From: Porphyridium purpureum
Taxonomy: Eukaryota
NCBI GenBank assembly: GCA_008690995.1
Contig: VRMN01000008.1
Location: forward strand, 558,001-622,000
Length of the DNA: 64,000 nucleotides
Direction: 5' to 3'
The notes under the pieces are model-generated. The model ran no database searches, was not told where the DNA came from, and worked only from the letters and a program-made list of their open reading frames with translations. The first letter of the stretch is position 1. Every line of letters begins with the position of its first letter. Below are positions 9,633-19,083 of the stretch, one piece after another. Made by a program: the position numbers and the translations under genes.

Positions 9633-12600
9633 TCAGACGACGCACCAACCATGGCGTTGCTTTTGGAACGAGTCGACTGCGAGATTCTTCGTCAAACCGT
9701 CTGCAAGATTGTCTTTGCTGTTCACGTGCACGAAGTCTGCCAGGCCGTCCTTGGACACTTCGTTCAGCCATTTCAGGCTGATTTTCTGCATCTTGTGAAG
9801 ATGCAACATCTTGTCGCTCCATCCCTTGTTGATCGCGTTTAGCGCGGTCTCATTGTCGACATACATGGCCACCTTTGGCCATGCATTGTGCCATTCTTCG
9901 ATAAACACGCCCAGCGGAAAGACACGATACTGCACTGCTGTATGTGCAGCGATCAGTTCCGCCTCGGCGGTTGAGGTCGCGGTCCGGCGTTGCCGCCCAC
10001 TTGACCAGTCCACAAGGTGTCTCGTATTCTTACCAACAAAGAAAGTGCACACGCCGCTAGTCGACCTCTCTGCGCTGAAGTCTGCGTCAGTATAACAAGA
10101 TACAGACACAGGCAAGGCCCTGCCGGCACCCGAAAGAGGTGGCACGCGAAACACCAACACCGCATCGGCACTGCCCTGCAGGTACCGCATGATGTCGTTC
10201 AGGCCCTTTTCGGCTTCTTCACCCCAGCGATCCGTGCAGCGCGCTACCGTACCAACTGCGAATGCCAGATCTGGCCTGGTTGTCCGAACCAGCCACAAAA
10301 TACGCCCCAAGGTGCGTCTCACGCTCTTGTCACAGACCTCGCCATCTCTGTCGGGCTCAGGCTTACAAGACATCGGAGTCTTTCGCGCCTGCCTCTCTTG
10401 ACCGTCTGCTAGCATATGCCGTGCATACTCTCGTGAACTCATCACCCAGGCACCGTCCATGTCTTTGTCGACATAGAACCCGATGCCCAGGAACCGCACA
10501 GGGTTTTCTTTTGTCGCTTCGCGCATGTATTCAACCGCGCGGGTGATGGAGAACTCCTTTTTCATCTCCGCAACCGCCTCCCGTATTGCCCCACTGTCAC
10601 CGAAAACCGCCCCATCATCAACGTATAGGACTGTCCATTCCGTCTTACCCAGACGCTTTCTCCAGTATACGTTCTTATCTGAGGCGGATTCTTTCCAACC
10701 CAGACCTTCAAGTCTTGACCGTGCGTGAGCTCCAAAGTCGCTTCCGCTGCGTGGCAAGCCATACAGCGCCATGGGCAGCCTGACGACGGGCCTCTCCATG
10801 GCTTCGAGCTTTGACGACAGACTGGACGGTATGCAACCTCTCAACCAGCGAGTAAGACCGGCTAATTCGACGAATGTCGGAGGACCCCCGAGGGGCGCGT
10901 GTACGTATGCGTTGTCCACGTCGAAGAACGCAGCGTCAGCGTGTTCTCCGTGCTCCAACAGCGCTGCGCTTAATGCGGCCCTGATGGCTACTAAACCAGG
11001 CGGCTTCTCCCAATCAAATGGGTTCACAACCAGGGTTCCGGTTGCGTCTCTAACCACGCACCCTTGACACACAAGTCGGCACTTGTGTTTCCACGCGCTG
11101 GGCCCTAGTTCGGCATTTTTGATTCCGAACACGGCCTTCAGCTTCACAAACTGTGCGTGCGGCGTTCGCGTCGCCGTTCTGCGCTCGACCGCTTTCTCCA
11201 GCGGAAGCGCGCCGACGCTTCTCAACGCGGTCAACTCGCGGACAAAAGCATCGCGACCGGCACTCGAGGCCATGGCACTCTTGGATTCGATCACCTGCGT
11301 TACCAGCAGCTCTTGAACTAAGGCCGTCGCTCCGGCAAGAGGCACGCTGACCTTCTCTGCCCGCGCCGACACCCCTTTTTCCGCAACTTCTACGAACTTC
11401 ACCCTCGCGCGCCGCAAGGCCCCGCTCCTCCCGCGCCTGTGTTCGCCAAGACCTTGGGCTTGTGAGCCGAGCAATCCGAGCGCCTGCGCTTTCGAGCGCA
11501 CGTCTTTCGCTGTTTTACCAGCCAAGGCGGCCTTACTCTCTTTGATAATTTGCGACCACTTTGGACCCAGTCGTGTGAAGCCGCCCGAAATAGCCGCAAT
11601 TTGCTCGCTGCTCCACGAGCCCTTTCGCGATCGACCGTCTACTGTCGCGAGCGGCCCCGTCGGAGGCGCTTCTGTTCCGTTTGCACGTACGCATTCTTTG
11701 AAACCTGTTTCAATCTCATTACTTTTCTCTCTTGGGTCGGCCGGCGTCTCGGTTTCCGAGGTCTCGCCGGTCTCGTCGCTCTTATCATTCCTACCGCTTC
11801 CAGGGTACTGCTGCCCCTCGTCGTCAGCAACTGGTTTAGGGTCCGGCGGGCGGGCGAATTCTTCTTCAACGGGCCTGAGCTGTTTTCTTACGACGGGATA
11901 CTTTTCTTTGAGCAGTTTCCATTCTTGTACCCATCGCGCCGCTGCCGGCCTCATATCTGAAACAGGGATCACCAGGCAATTCAGTCGTTGTTTGATGACT
12001 GCTGATTCTGGTATCCGAAAACCGACCACGATTGCGACAGAGCCCTTCGGTTCATTCTTGTCGGAAGCCTCGTCGTAAACTACGACGCCCCGGCCAAACG
12101 CAGGCAGCTCCAATTTCCATTTAGTATTGAATCGTTTCTCGTACGCGGTGGCACCGCCTCCGCGCCCAGCCCAAACGAGATTTCGAGCATCCGCCCAATA
12201 CCGAGCCGCGAAGCAGAACCATGACGATGGCAACCCGGACTGGATCAGAAGCGCCCTCACCGTCGCATTCATGTCCCTGTGAAGCCTCTCTTGACTGGCA
12301 TGCGTGTTTGAACGCCTCGCTATGCCCTTTTCGTGGGCAACCAGGTGGTCTCGGAGCATGTCTTCGAAAACACCTCCAAATTCTCCGCCGCCATCGCTTT
12401 TCACCAGCCGAGGCCAACCGCGGCCCCGCTGTATCTCTCGAAACGCGAACGAGGCCGTGTCGGCGAGTTTATTCCTCAGGCCCGTCACAGAGACCCAGCC
12501 CGTTCCGATGTCTTTGTGTACCAGAACCCATCTCGTCCCATCCACACCAACCGAGGAGGGGTCCACGAGATCAATGGAGACGGCCTCATTAAAGCCGATG

Positions 12601-14225
12601 ATTGCATTGGAGTCACTCTCTTTGCGACGCACCGCGCGCACTCTCTGTATTTTGCCCAGGGCACAAATCCCACAATCTTCCTTCGCAGGCATATGCAAAA
12701 GGTCGTGGTCTAGAACCCTCACCGGCTCTGTGGCTCTAATTGGCTCATTGGGCTTCTCATTGATTTTCTCCGCATCCGTGCTGAGTAGTTCCATGCCTCC
12801 CACGGACAAATGCGCCTTCTGCGCCCTCAGCCAGTCCAGGCCCACTATGAGCTCGTGACGCGCTCTGTGTACCACCGCGGACAACTTTGCATCCCGAGCC
12901 CCATGCATTCTCAACGTCAGGCGCGCGGTCCCTTCGGGCCTGCACATGGTACCATCCGCCAAGCGAACTCCTCCCACGGCAGCGCGCCGGTCCACCGCCA
13001 CACCAATTTTCTCACAGAAAGCGAGCGAAGCATATGTGTTCGTCGCGCCTGTATCAAACACTGCGTCGACTTGGTGACCATTCACCCACATTTTTCTCTT
13101 CACAAGCCTCTCGACTTTTGGTCTGGTGCTCGCAGTGAGTAGTTCCAGCTCAGCCGCCTGTGCGGCGAGCTCCGGGCAATCCTTTTTCCAATGCCCTATG
13201 CGTTTGCAGTTGGCGCATTGATCCTTTTTCAGACCATCTCTCCTCCCGCTGTCCCGAGCCTTCCACTTCTTTCGACCACTCTTTCTTTTACCGCCGCTGC
13301 CAGCACCTACGCTTTTCCCGCCGCGCTCAGCGGAGCCCAGCTCCATGGGAGCCGGTCCGTCCCCGTAGGGCGTCTGCCCTTTCTTGGCAGTCCGGGCGCG
13401 TTCCGGGTGCATGATGGCATCGATCTCCGAAGCTACGCGGATAACTTCTTCCAAGCTGGATGTGCCCTTAAGTTCGGTTTGCACCCTAATGTCCTTGTCA
13501 AGCCCTCGCTTGTACTTGTCGAACAATTCAGACTCTGTGGCGTCTTCAATGCGCAGACAGAGCGAGGAGAAAGTATTTGTATACTCTTCCACGCTCGTGC
13601 CATTCTGCTCCAACGCGAACAGCTCATCTCTAGCCCGAGCGCCTGGGTTCACCGGGGCGAACCGCATCTCGAGCGCGGCTAGAAATGCTTCAACCGTGAA
13701 CGGCTGCTCCCTCAGGCGAATCCACCACAACTGCGCGTCATCCGTCAGGAACCCAGCGAGGTTTCGAACGACCCTCTTTTCGGCTGCGTCGTCCCAAGAT
13801 TCGCCAACCGCCGCGACTTCGTCCTTGTACGGCTCAACCACTCGGTCGCGAGCCGCCGAAATCCACGTCAGGATCTTTACTAGGTCTCTTTTCCCGTCAT
13901 ACGCCGGCATACGTGCAGGTTCAAGCAACTTTCGCCGCTGATGAACCACCTGCCCCGCGCCCGCGGACGCCAAAGCCGATCGCGCTGCTCTTTCGTGCGC
14001 CAAATCGCTCTCCAGACCCTCAATGCGCTGCTGTGCCATGCGTAAGTCGGCGGATAATTCCGCTCTCACCCTGGCCATCAACATGTCAAACTCGGTCGGC
14101 GATGGACCAGCCTGTGCATTGCCTTGCGTACCTCCACCCTGCTGCAGAGGTTGTGCTTCCAACGATTGCTGTCTCGCTGCCATAATTGCGCGCAGACGTG
14201 ACTGCTCCTGCTCACGGTCGTCCAT
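9633..14225 (-). CDS. Gag-PR-IN-(Myb/SANT-like)-RT-RNase H polyprotein
   Basis: CCHC knuckle CANCKRIGHWKKDC; protease FDTGA; HHCC HDLLH..CGIC; DDE (SIDL, KSDGGGEF, QER); Copia RT (KCRLVCQG, DVDNAY, LYGL, YVDD); RNase H (YTDADF, STAEAE, VDNE, NLADGLTK). Confidence 0.95.
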   Translation of the reverse strand: MDDREQEQSRLRAIMAARQQSLEAQPLQQGGGTQGNAQAGPSPTEFDMLMARVRAELSADLRMAQQRIEGLESDLAHERAARSALASAGAGQVVHQRRKLLEPARMPAYDGKRDLVKILTWISAARDRVVEPYKDEVAAVGESWDDAAEKRVVRNLAGFLTDDAQLWWIRLREQPFTVEAFLAALEMRFAPVNPGARARDELFALEQNGTSVEEYTNTFSSLCLRIEDATESELFDKYKRGLDKDIRVQTELKGTSSLEEVIRVASEIDAIMHPERARTAKKGQTPYGDGPAPMELGSAERGGKSVGAGSGGKRKSGRKKWKARDSGRRDGLKKDQCANCKRIGHWKKDCPELAAQAAELELLTASTRPKVERLVKRKMWVNGHQVDAVFDTGATNTYASLAFCEKIGVAVDRRAAVGGVRLADGTMCRPEGTARLTLRMHGARDAKLSAVVHRARHELIVGLDWLRAQKAHLSVGGMELLSTDAEKINEKPNEPIRATEPVRVLDHDLLHMPAKEDCGICALGKIQRVRAVRRKESDSNAIIGFNEAVSIDLVDPSSVGVDGTRWVLVHKDIGTGWVSVTGLRNKLADTASFAFREIQRGRGWPRLVKSDGGGEFGGVFEDMLRDHLVAHEKGIARRSNTHASQERLHRDMNATVRALLIQSGLPSSWFCFAARYWADARNLVWAGRGGGATAYEKRFNTKWKLELPAFGRGVVVYDEASDKNEPKGSVAIVVGFRIPESAVIKQRLNCLVIPVSDMRPAAARWVQEWKLLKEKYPVVRKQLRPVEEEFARPPDPKPVADDEGQQYPGSGRNDKSDETGETSETETPADPREKSNEIETGFKECVRANGTEAPPTGPLATVDGRSRKGSWSSEQIAAISGGFTRLGPKWSQIIKESKAALAGKTAKDVRSKAQALGLLGSQAQGLGEHRRGRSGALRRARVKFVEVAEKGVSARAEKVSVPLAGATALVQELLVTQVIESKSAMASSAGRDAFVRELTALRSVGALPLEKAVERRTATRTPHAQFVKLKAVFGIKNAELGPSAWKHKCRLVCQGCVVRDATGTLVVNPFDWEKPPGLVAIRAALSAALLEHGEHADAAFFDVDNAYVHAPLGGPPTFVELAGLTRWLRGCIPSSLSSKLEAMERPVVRLPMALYGLPRSGSDFGAHARSRLEGLGWKESASDKNVYWRKRLGKTEWTVLYVDDGAVFGDSGAIREAVAEMKKEFSITRAVEYMREATKENPVRFLGIGFYVDKDMDGAWVMSSREYARHMLADGQERQARKTPMSCKPEPDRDGEVCDKSVRRTLGRILWLVRTTRPDLAFAVGTVARCTDRWGEEAEKGLNDIMRYLQGSADAVLVFRVPPLSGAGRALPVSVSCYTDADFSAERSTSGVCTFFVGKNTRHLVDWSSGRQRRTATSTAEAELIAAHTAVQYRVFPLGVFIEEWHNAWPKVAMYVDNETALNAINKGWSDKMLHLHKMQKISLKWLNEVSKDGLADFVHVNSKDNLADGLTKNLAVDSFQKQRHGWCVV

Positions 14226-14506
14226 GACCGACAGTCGTGATCACGAGGTCCGCCTCCTGGCGCGACGATCTCGTGATGGTCCCGGCGATGGACTGTTTCG
14301 CTTCTTGATTCTATCACTCACGAGCTCCGTATCGCGGTTGGGGTCGATGTCAAGCGAGACACAACGACCGCGTCCGAAGTTGACACCCGACGTTCCACAC
14401 GAGCCAACTCCCCGAAGCAAAGATGATACAAACCAAATAAACCCACGACCGATCAAGCGAACACGAAGTTAAGCATGTGATCAATATCCGCGCAGACGGC
14501 TTCCGC

Positions 14507-14522
14507 CGCTGGGCTCATAACC
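14507..14522 (-). other. Primer-binding site complementary to the anticodon arm of initiator tRNA-Met (half-tRNA priming)
   Basis: Minus strand GGTTATGAGCCCAGCG directly after the 5' LTR; same type as the copia/Ty5 PBS GGTTATG(G/A)GCCC. Confidence 0.85.
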
Positions 14523-14836
14523 CTTGGAGAGGTGCTCCAAGGGATCGGCCGAGAAAGATCGATGCTACGCCCGAAAGGGGTGCGGGTGCGCACGGCGAAA
14601 CGTGCAACACGTGGGCCACTAATATGGCGGACTCTTCGAGGCGCGCAGACGATTCTGCGCCGGCTCCCTATCGCTCCGAATAAACGACGAACCTTTACCT
14701 CACCACGCTAAAGAGTCTCTTACCTTCGCTAGTTATCCGGCCGGGACCCGGCCGCTCCACAGAACGTACTTATGCCGCACCGCCGGCCAAGTGAACACGG
14801 GAGTCCGCGGTTCAGCGGGACCTCATCGTTCCCACG
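14523..14836 (-). repeat. 5' LTR of the Copia element
   Basis: Direct repeat of 9274-9587; followed on the minus strand by the PBS. Confidence 0.95.
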
Positions 14837-15832
14837 CCAACCACTGTACCTCGAGGACTGTACACTATAGTGCAACTGTACTTCTGGCGGTGGTCTAGGG
14901 TTTCCGTCCTGCCTTGATGTTTGAAACAGCGGCCGTGGGTTTTTAACGTTGCTTTTTAACGTTGATGTTTAATTTGATTTTTAACGTTGCGTGAGCGGGA
15001 TCTGGAGGAAGGGCGGAGCTGGGTGGAAGAGCGTGCGCGGTGGGATGGACGCGGTGACCACATGGGTAAATTAATGTCTCGAGCGCATCGAGCGCATGCA
15101 AAGTCGATGCACGCACGTGCAATGTCGACGTCTGGGTGCTTTCCCAAAGAGCCACGCATGAGATGGATTTGACGGGTTAGAAAACATGCATTGCATCTCC
15201 CACATTCTTTCGTCGCCACGCGTTTGCTTGCCGACCAGCAGCGCGCTGCAGACTCTTGGGGTGAAGCGCGTGGCCGTGTGCGTACAAGTGTCTATCGGCG
15301 CGGTACGCTGCTTCATATTGCCAGCGTTCAACCGAGCCGGCCGGGTAACCTGGGCCGTGACTCAATCGCAGTCCATGCGGAGCGTTACCACCAAACGAAG
15401 CTAGCCAACGGCGCATTCCAGAACTCGCTCGAGGACGGCTCGGCTCGGCTCAGCGCCAGCAACAAGATCTTGGCACCGAGCAGATGCACGCACCCATGCG
15501 ACGAGCGAGGAGCGGTCAAGAATGAGTCGTGCCGCCATGCGAGTTTTGTCGCCCGCTGCGCAAAGGCTCTTCGGCCGGCGCAAGTGCGCTTCACGCCACC
15601 ACTTATATAGTGCTGCGTGCGTGCGAGTTCTAAGAGTCTGCGCCAAGGCGCAGGCTTCCTAGACCGCCCATCGAAGAGCCACTCGAAAGAGTGAGTGTTG
15701 ACCTGATGGCGCAATATCGACTGCGACATACCAACGGGCTACTGGCGAGCGCAGGATGCACATGAAGACCAGCGGAATCGAATCTGGTGGGCAGGTGTGG
15801 GTGGGAACACCGAAAGCGAGGGGCGGGATATC

Positions 15833-16753
15833 ATGGCCGTGCGAAAGCGCACACGACCGGAAGGCGGCCGCGGCGAAACGCAGGCTGCGGGTACGCCGCA
15901 AGAGAATGCAGCGAAAACACAAGAGCAGCAGGCGCGTCGCGTAAAGGCGCGCCAAGCGGCGGCGTCTGAACGGCAGCGACAGACGATGCTGCAAGTGCTG
16001 AATGTGTGCATGGTCGCGGTATTTGCATACCTGGCAACCTTGTATGCGCGTGCGATTCGATCAAACGAAGCTGACCAGCCGCTAACCGTGCTGTACGAAG
16101 ACTTTCTCCCACCGGACGCGTTCCAACAGCTGCAGACTTGCCTCGCCAATAGCTCACTGTTGCATGGCGAGAACGTGCTCAACAAGCGCAACTTTAAAGG
16201 CACGTATGGATTTGCCGTCAAGTTCAACAACGACGGTGTGCAGCAGTTTAAAGACGATCCGGCCATGGCATGCCTGGTACCTTACTTTGAGCGCGCGGTT
16301 CGCAACGATACCAATGCGTGGGTCGTGAATGTACTGGTGTGCGAGGAAACACAAGCCGAGGTCAGTGTGGGCATTCATGTTGACAACACGGTCGGTATTC
16401 ATGTTCCCGTGCTGCGGTTTCTCGCTCATGTCGTGGACGTTTTGTACGTGAGCATACCTCGCGACATGCAGGGCGGGTCGTTGGTTATTTGGAATTATGG
16501 GTCTGGTCCGAGCATCGTTGCGCCTACCATAGATAGCGCTGACCGCGAAATTGTGCCCCGAGAGAACCACCGCGTGTCATTTCGCGGCGATGCTTTCCAT
16601 ACGGTGCGCGGCTTTCAAATTCCAGAGGACGTGCCTAAGCAAGACCGCTTGCGCATCTCGCTGGTCATTGAGCAATACAAGATCCCATCGCTCTTTTATC
16701 GACGCACAGACACGTACCGCTTTCAGTTCAAGACCAACATGACCATGGTATGA
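15833..16753 (+). CDS. Membrane-anchored 2OG-Fe(II) oxygenase (prolyl-4-hydroxylase-like fold)
   Basis: N-terminal hydrophobic anchor VLNVCMVAVFAYLATLY; HxD (GIHVDN), GGSL, distal His (DAFHTV), RxS (RISLV). Confidence 0.75.
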   Translation: MAVRKRTRPEGGRGETQAAGTPQENAAKTQEQQARRVKARQAAASERQRQTMLQVLNVCMVAVFAYLATLYARAIRSNEADQPLTVLYEDFLPPDAFQQLQTCLANSSLLHGENVLNKRNFKGTYGFAVKFNNDGVQQFKDDPAMACLVPYFERAVRNDTNAWVVNVLVCEETQAEVSVGIHVDNTVGIHVPVLRFLAHVVDVLYVSIPRDMQGGSLVIWNYGSGPSIVAPTIDSADREIVPRENHRVSFRGDAFHTVRGFQIPEDVPKQDRLRISLVIEQYKIPSLFYRRTDTYRFQFKTNMTMV

Positions 16754-17643
16754 AGTGCCGAGTCCGGTGCTCAGACTTTCGGAGCGACATTCAAGACGTG
16801 ATGATGCGGGTATGACTCGGCGACAAAGTACGCAAGCATTCCGCTCGTGTCGAATCAAATTCTTTGCGCGCCTTTGGATTTGTACGTGACCCGTGATTGG
16901 CACGTGATATTTGTCAGCATGGTCAAAGAGCATGGACATTGTCGCACCCGACCGTGTTGTACAGCCGGCGACGCCGACGCTACAGTATGAAGCGATGAGG
17001 ATCTCAGCCGCATTTGAATGGGTGCGCGAGGCCGCGACTGTACAGATTTCATTTTTCGTGGGAAGGTGTCGCTGGTATTCTATTTTATTTTATTCCTTTT
17101 TGGAGAGGCAAGGTGTAAAGACAGAAAGACGAAGATCGGCGTACTTGACTGGTGCCGACGTTGATGTACAGTATGACTTGCTGAGGTCCTGAATGACTTT
17201 GCATCTAGATGGAAGAATGGTTGATAACGTGCTTTCCATCTTTGGGTCCTGATGCCAGACTCTCTTGTACTTGTGTTTGGCAGAAAGAAGTGCTACCGTG
17301 CTGGACGTTCGGCCAATTGCGTGATGTCCGATTTGTGTCAGGCGACATCTTTTCGTTACGCGCCCTGCTTCTTGAAAGAGAGTTTGGCAAAATACAACTT
17401 CACCTGAGCCAGTGGTGCGCATCTGTTGATGCGTCTCGTGAACTGGCCGCAAGGCGCTGCACAAACCCAAGTGAGGGATACGTCCTCGTCTTTGGCTGCG
17501 TTTCATACCTTCGCGTGAATCAGCACGAACGCCAGTATTCGTCCAAAGCGCCGAATTTCCAGAATGACAATAAACTGCTCCGACGCTTACCGACCACTTC
17601 CAGATCACCGTATCGCGATCCGTCCCACATCTTGGGTAGAGGG

Positions 17644-18858
17644 ATGTTCATTGTGCCGTCTTTGGGTTGTTGTGACGCAGTCCGCCGTCCAGGAGGATCC
17701 TCAAGCACGTGCAGTACAAGTGCGTCAGTTTCTGCAAGGCCCGGAAGGTCTATTCTGCGCGCGAGTATGTCGGCAGATGACACGGTGCTCGTCGAGGACA
17801 CAGTGCTCAGATCGCTGTGCGTACGCGTGCTATCCGCGAAAGGACATGCGAAAGAGGATGCCGAGCTGGTAGCCAACGTGCTTTTGTATGCGCAGCGCGT
17901 GGGGAATACGCAGGGATGTGCCAAATTGCTCGCGCAAGGCCCCGGTAGTCTGGCCAATGCTTGTTCAGGAGGCACGCCAAAGGTCGTGTTCGAGAGCGGG
18001 ATTGCTGCCAAAATAGACGGCCAACAGGCAACAGGGATGCGCGTAATGCAGATGGCCACTGATCTTGCGCTTCAGCGTGCGCTGTATGGCTCTGGAGTCG
18101 GGATTGTAGGCACGTTCAATACGTGCACCGGCACCGGCGCACTCTCGTATTATGTCGAGCAGATGGCCGCGAAAAAGATGATTGGCTTTGCCTTCTCTGG
18201 TTCGTCGCCTTTTGTGGCGCCTGCGGGCTCAAAAGAACCGCTCTTGGGCACAAATCCTATTGCATGCGCGATCCCTGTCATGGATGACAATGGGACGGGA
18301 GAGACAGCCCGTGCCATGCCCTACCTGCTTGACATGAGTACGTCTGCGATCAGTTTTTGGGGACTGAAGGCTGCTCAATTGGAGGCAGAAGCCGCGAGCC
18401 AGGCTGAGCCTGGAGCAGATACGACTGAATTCGTACAGCTGCCGGATGAATGTGCGCTCGACGAGGCCGGGCGAGTCACACGTGTGCCCACCGATGCAGT
18501 CTGCTTGCTGCCGTTCGGCGGTCACAAGGGTTCGGCCTTGTCGCTGATGGTCGAGTTTCTCACGGGTGCGCTTGTTGGCGGTGCGTTTGTGGACCGAGCG
18601 GACGCCAGCATGAATTTCGGGAACCTGGTCGTCGCGGTGAATCCGGACCTATTTGGCGATGGCGCGCGAGTGCTGCAAGAAAGCACTGAGCTGATGCAGC
18701 GGGTGCGCTCTTCACTGCCGCGTGATGGTGCTGATCGCGTTTGGTGTCCAGGCGACAAGAGCTTTATCAAACGCGAGGAATCGATCCGCGCGCACAAAGT
18801 CATGATTTCAAAGTCTCAACTCGACCAAATCAAAAAGCTCGTTCAAGAGGTCAAGTAG
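17644..18858 (+). CDS. Ldh_2-family (malate/L-lactate-type 2) oxidoreductase, probably organelle-targeted
   Basis: VAPAGSKEPLLGTNPIACAIP, LLDMSTS, LLPFGGHKGSALSLMVEFL, VWCPG; Ser/Arg-rich N-terminal extension starting MFIV. Confidence 0.85.
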   Translation: MFIVPSLGCCDAVRRPGGSSSTCSTSASVSARPGRSILRASMSADDTVLVEDTVLRSLCVRVLSAKGHAKEDAELVANVLLYAQRVGNTQGCAKLLAQGPGSLANACSGGTPKVVFESGIAAKIDGQQATGMRVMQMATDLALQRALYGSGVGIVGTFNTCTGTGALSYYVEQMAAKKMIGFAFSGSSPFVAPAGSKEPLLGTNPIACAIPVMDDNGTGETARAMPYLLDMSTSAISFWGLKAAQLEAEAASQAEPGADTTEFVQLPDECALDEAGRVTRVPTDAVCLLPFGGHKGSALSLMVEFLTGALVGGAFVDRADASMNFGNLVVAVNPDLFGDGARVLQESTELMQRVRSSLPRDGADRVWCPGDKSFIKREESIRAHKVMISKSQLDQIKKLVQEVK

Positions 18859-19083
18859 CGGCCCGCTGCAACCGGAAGCGTTCGTTGCCGAAAGAGAGAA
18901 GGAAGGGCTGAGCATTGTTCGACTACGGCTGTGGGGCGACAAATGGTCCAGTGTCGCGGTCTGCGTGCATATCGCTCATTTGGAGGGGAAGCATGCGTGC
19001 GAATTTTCCGAATTTTCTCCTATGCTCAACCGCGCGCATTCCTTTTCACATTTTTTTTTTTTTTAATTCATGTCATTCTGGCG

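Larger units (their letters stand above)
9274..14836 (-). mobile_element. Intact Copia-order LTR retrotransposon (5563 bp), 5-bp TSD CCAAC
   Basis: Identical-looking 314-bp LTRs at 9274-9587 and 14523-14836; CCAAC at 9269-9273 and 14837-14841; single polyprotein with IN before RT/RH; PBS and PPT present. Confidence 0.95.

Noticed and set aside
14500..14523. tRNA-Met gene (GCTGGGCTCATAACCC)
   Set aside because: Only the anticodon arm is present; it is the complement of the retrotransposon PBS, with no cloverleaf
9276..14834. Canonical TG...CA boundaries for the Copia element
   Set aside because: No TSD is adjacent to these positions, and the PBS, PPT and TSD all agree on ends 2 bp further out
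17209..17643. Long N-terminal extensions in the ORF track (also on VPS52, TFIIS, RPN8 and the RING E3)
   Set aside because: They read through GA/CT-rich UTR-like sequence; downstream ATGs fit the family N-termini better
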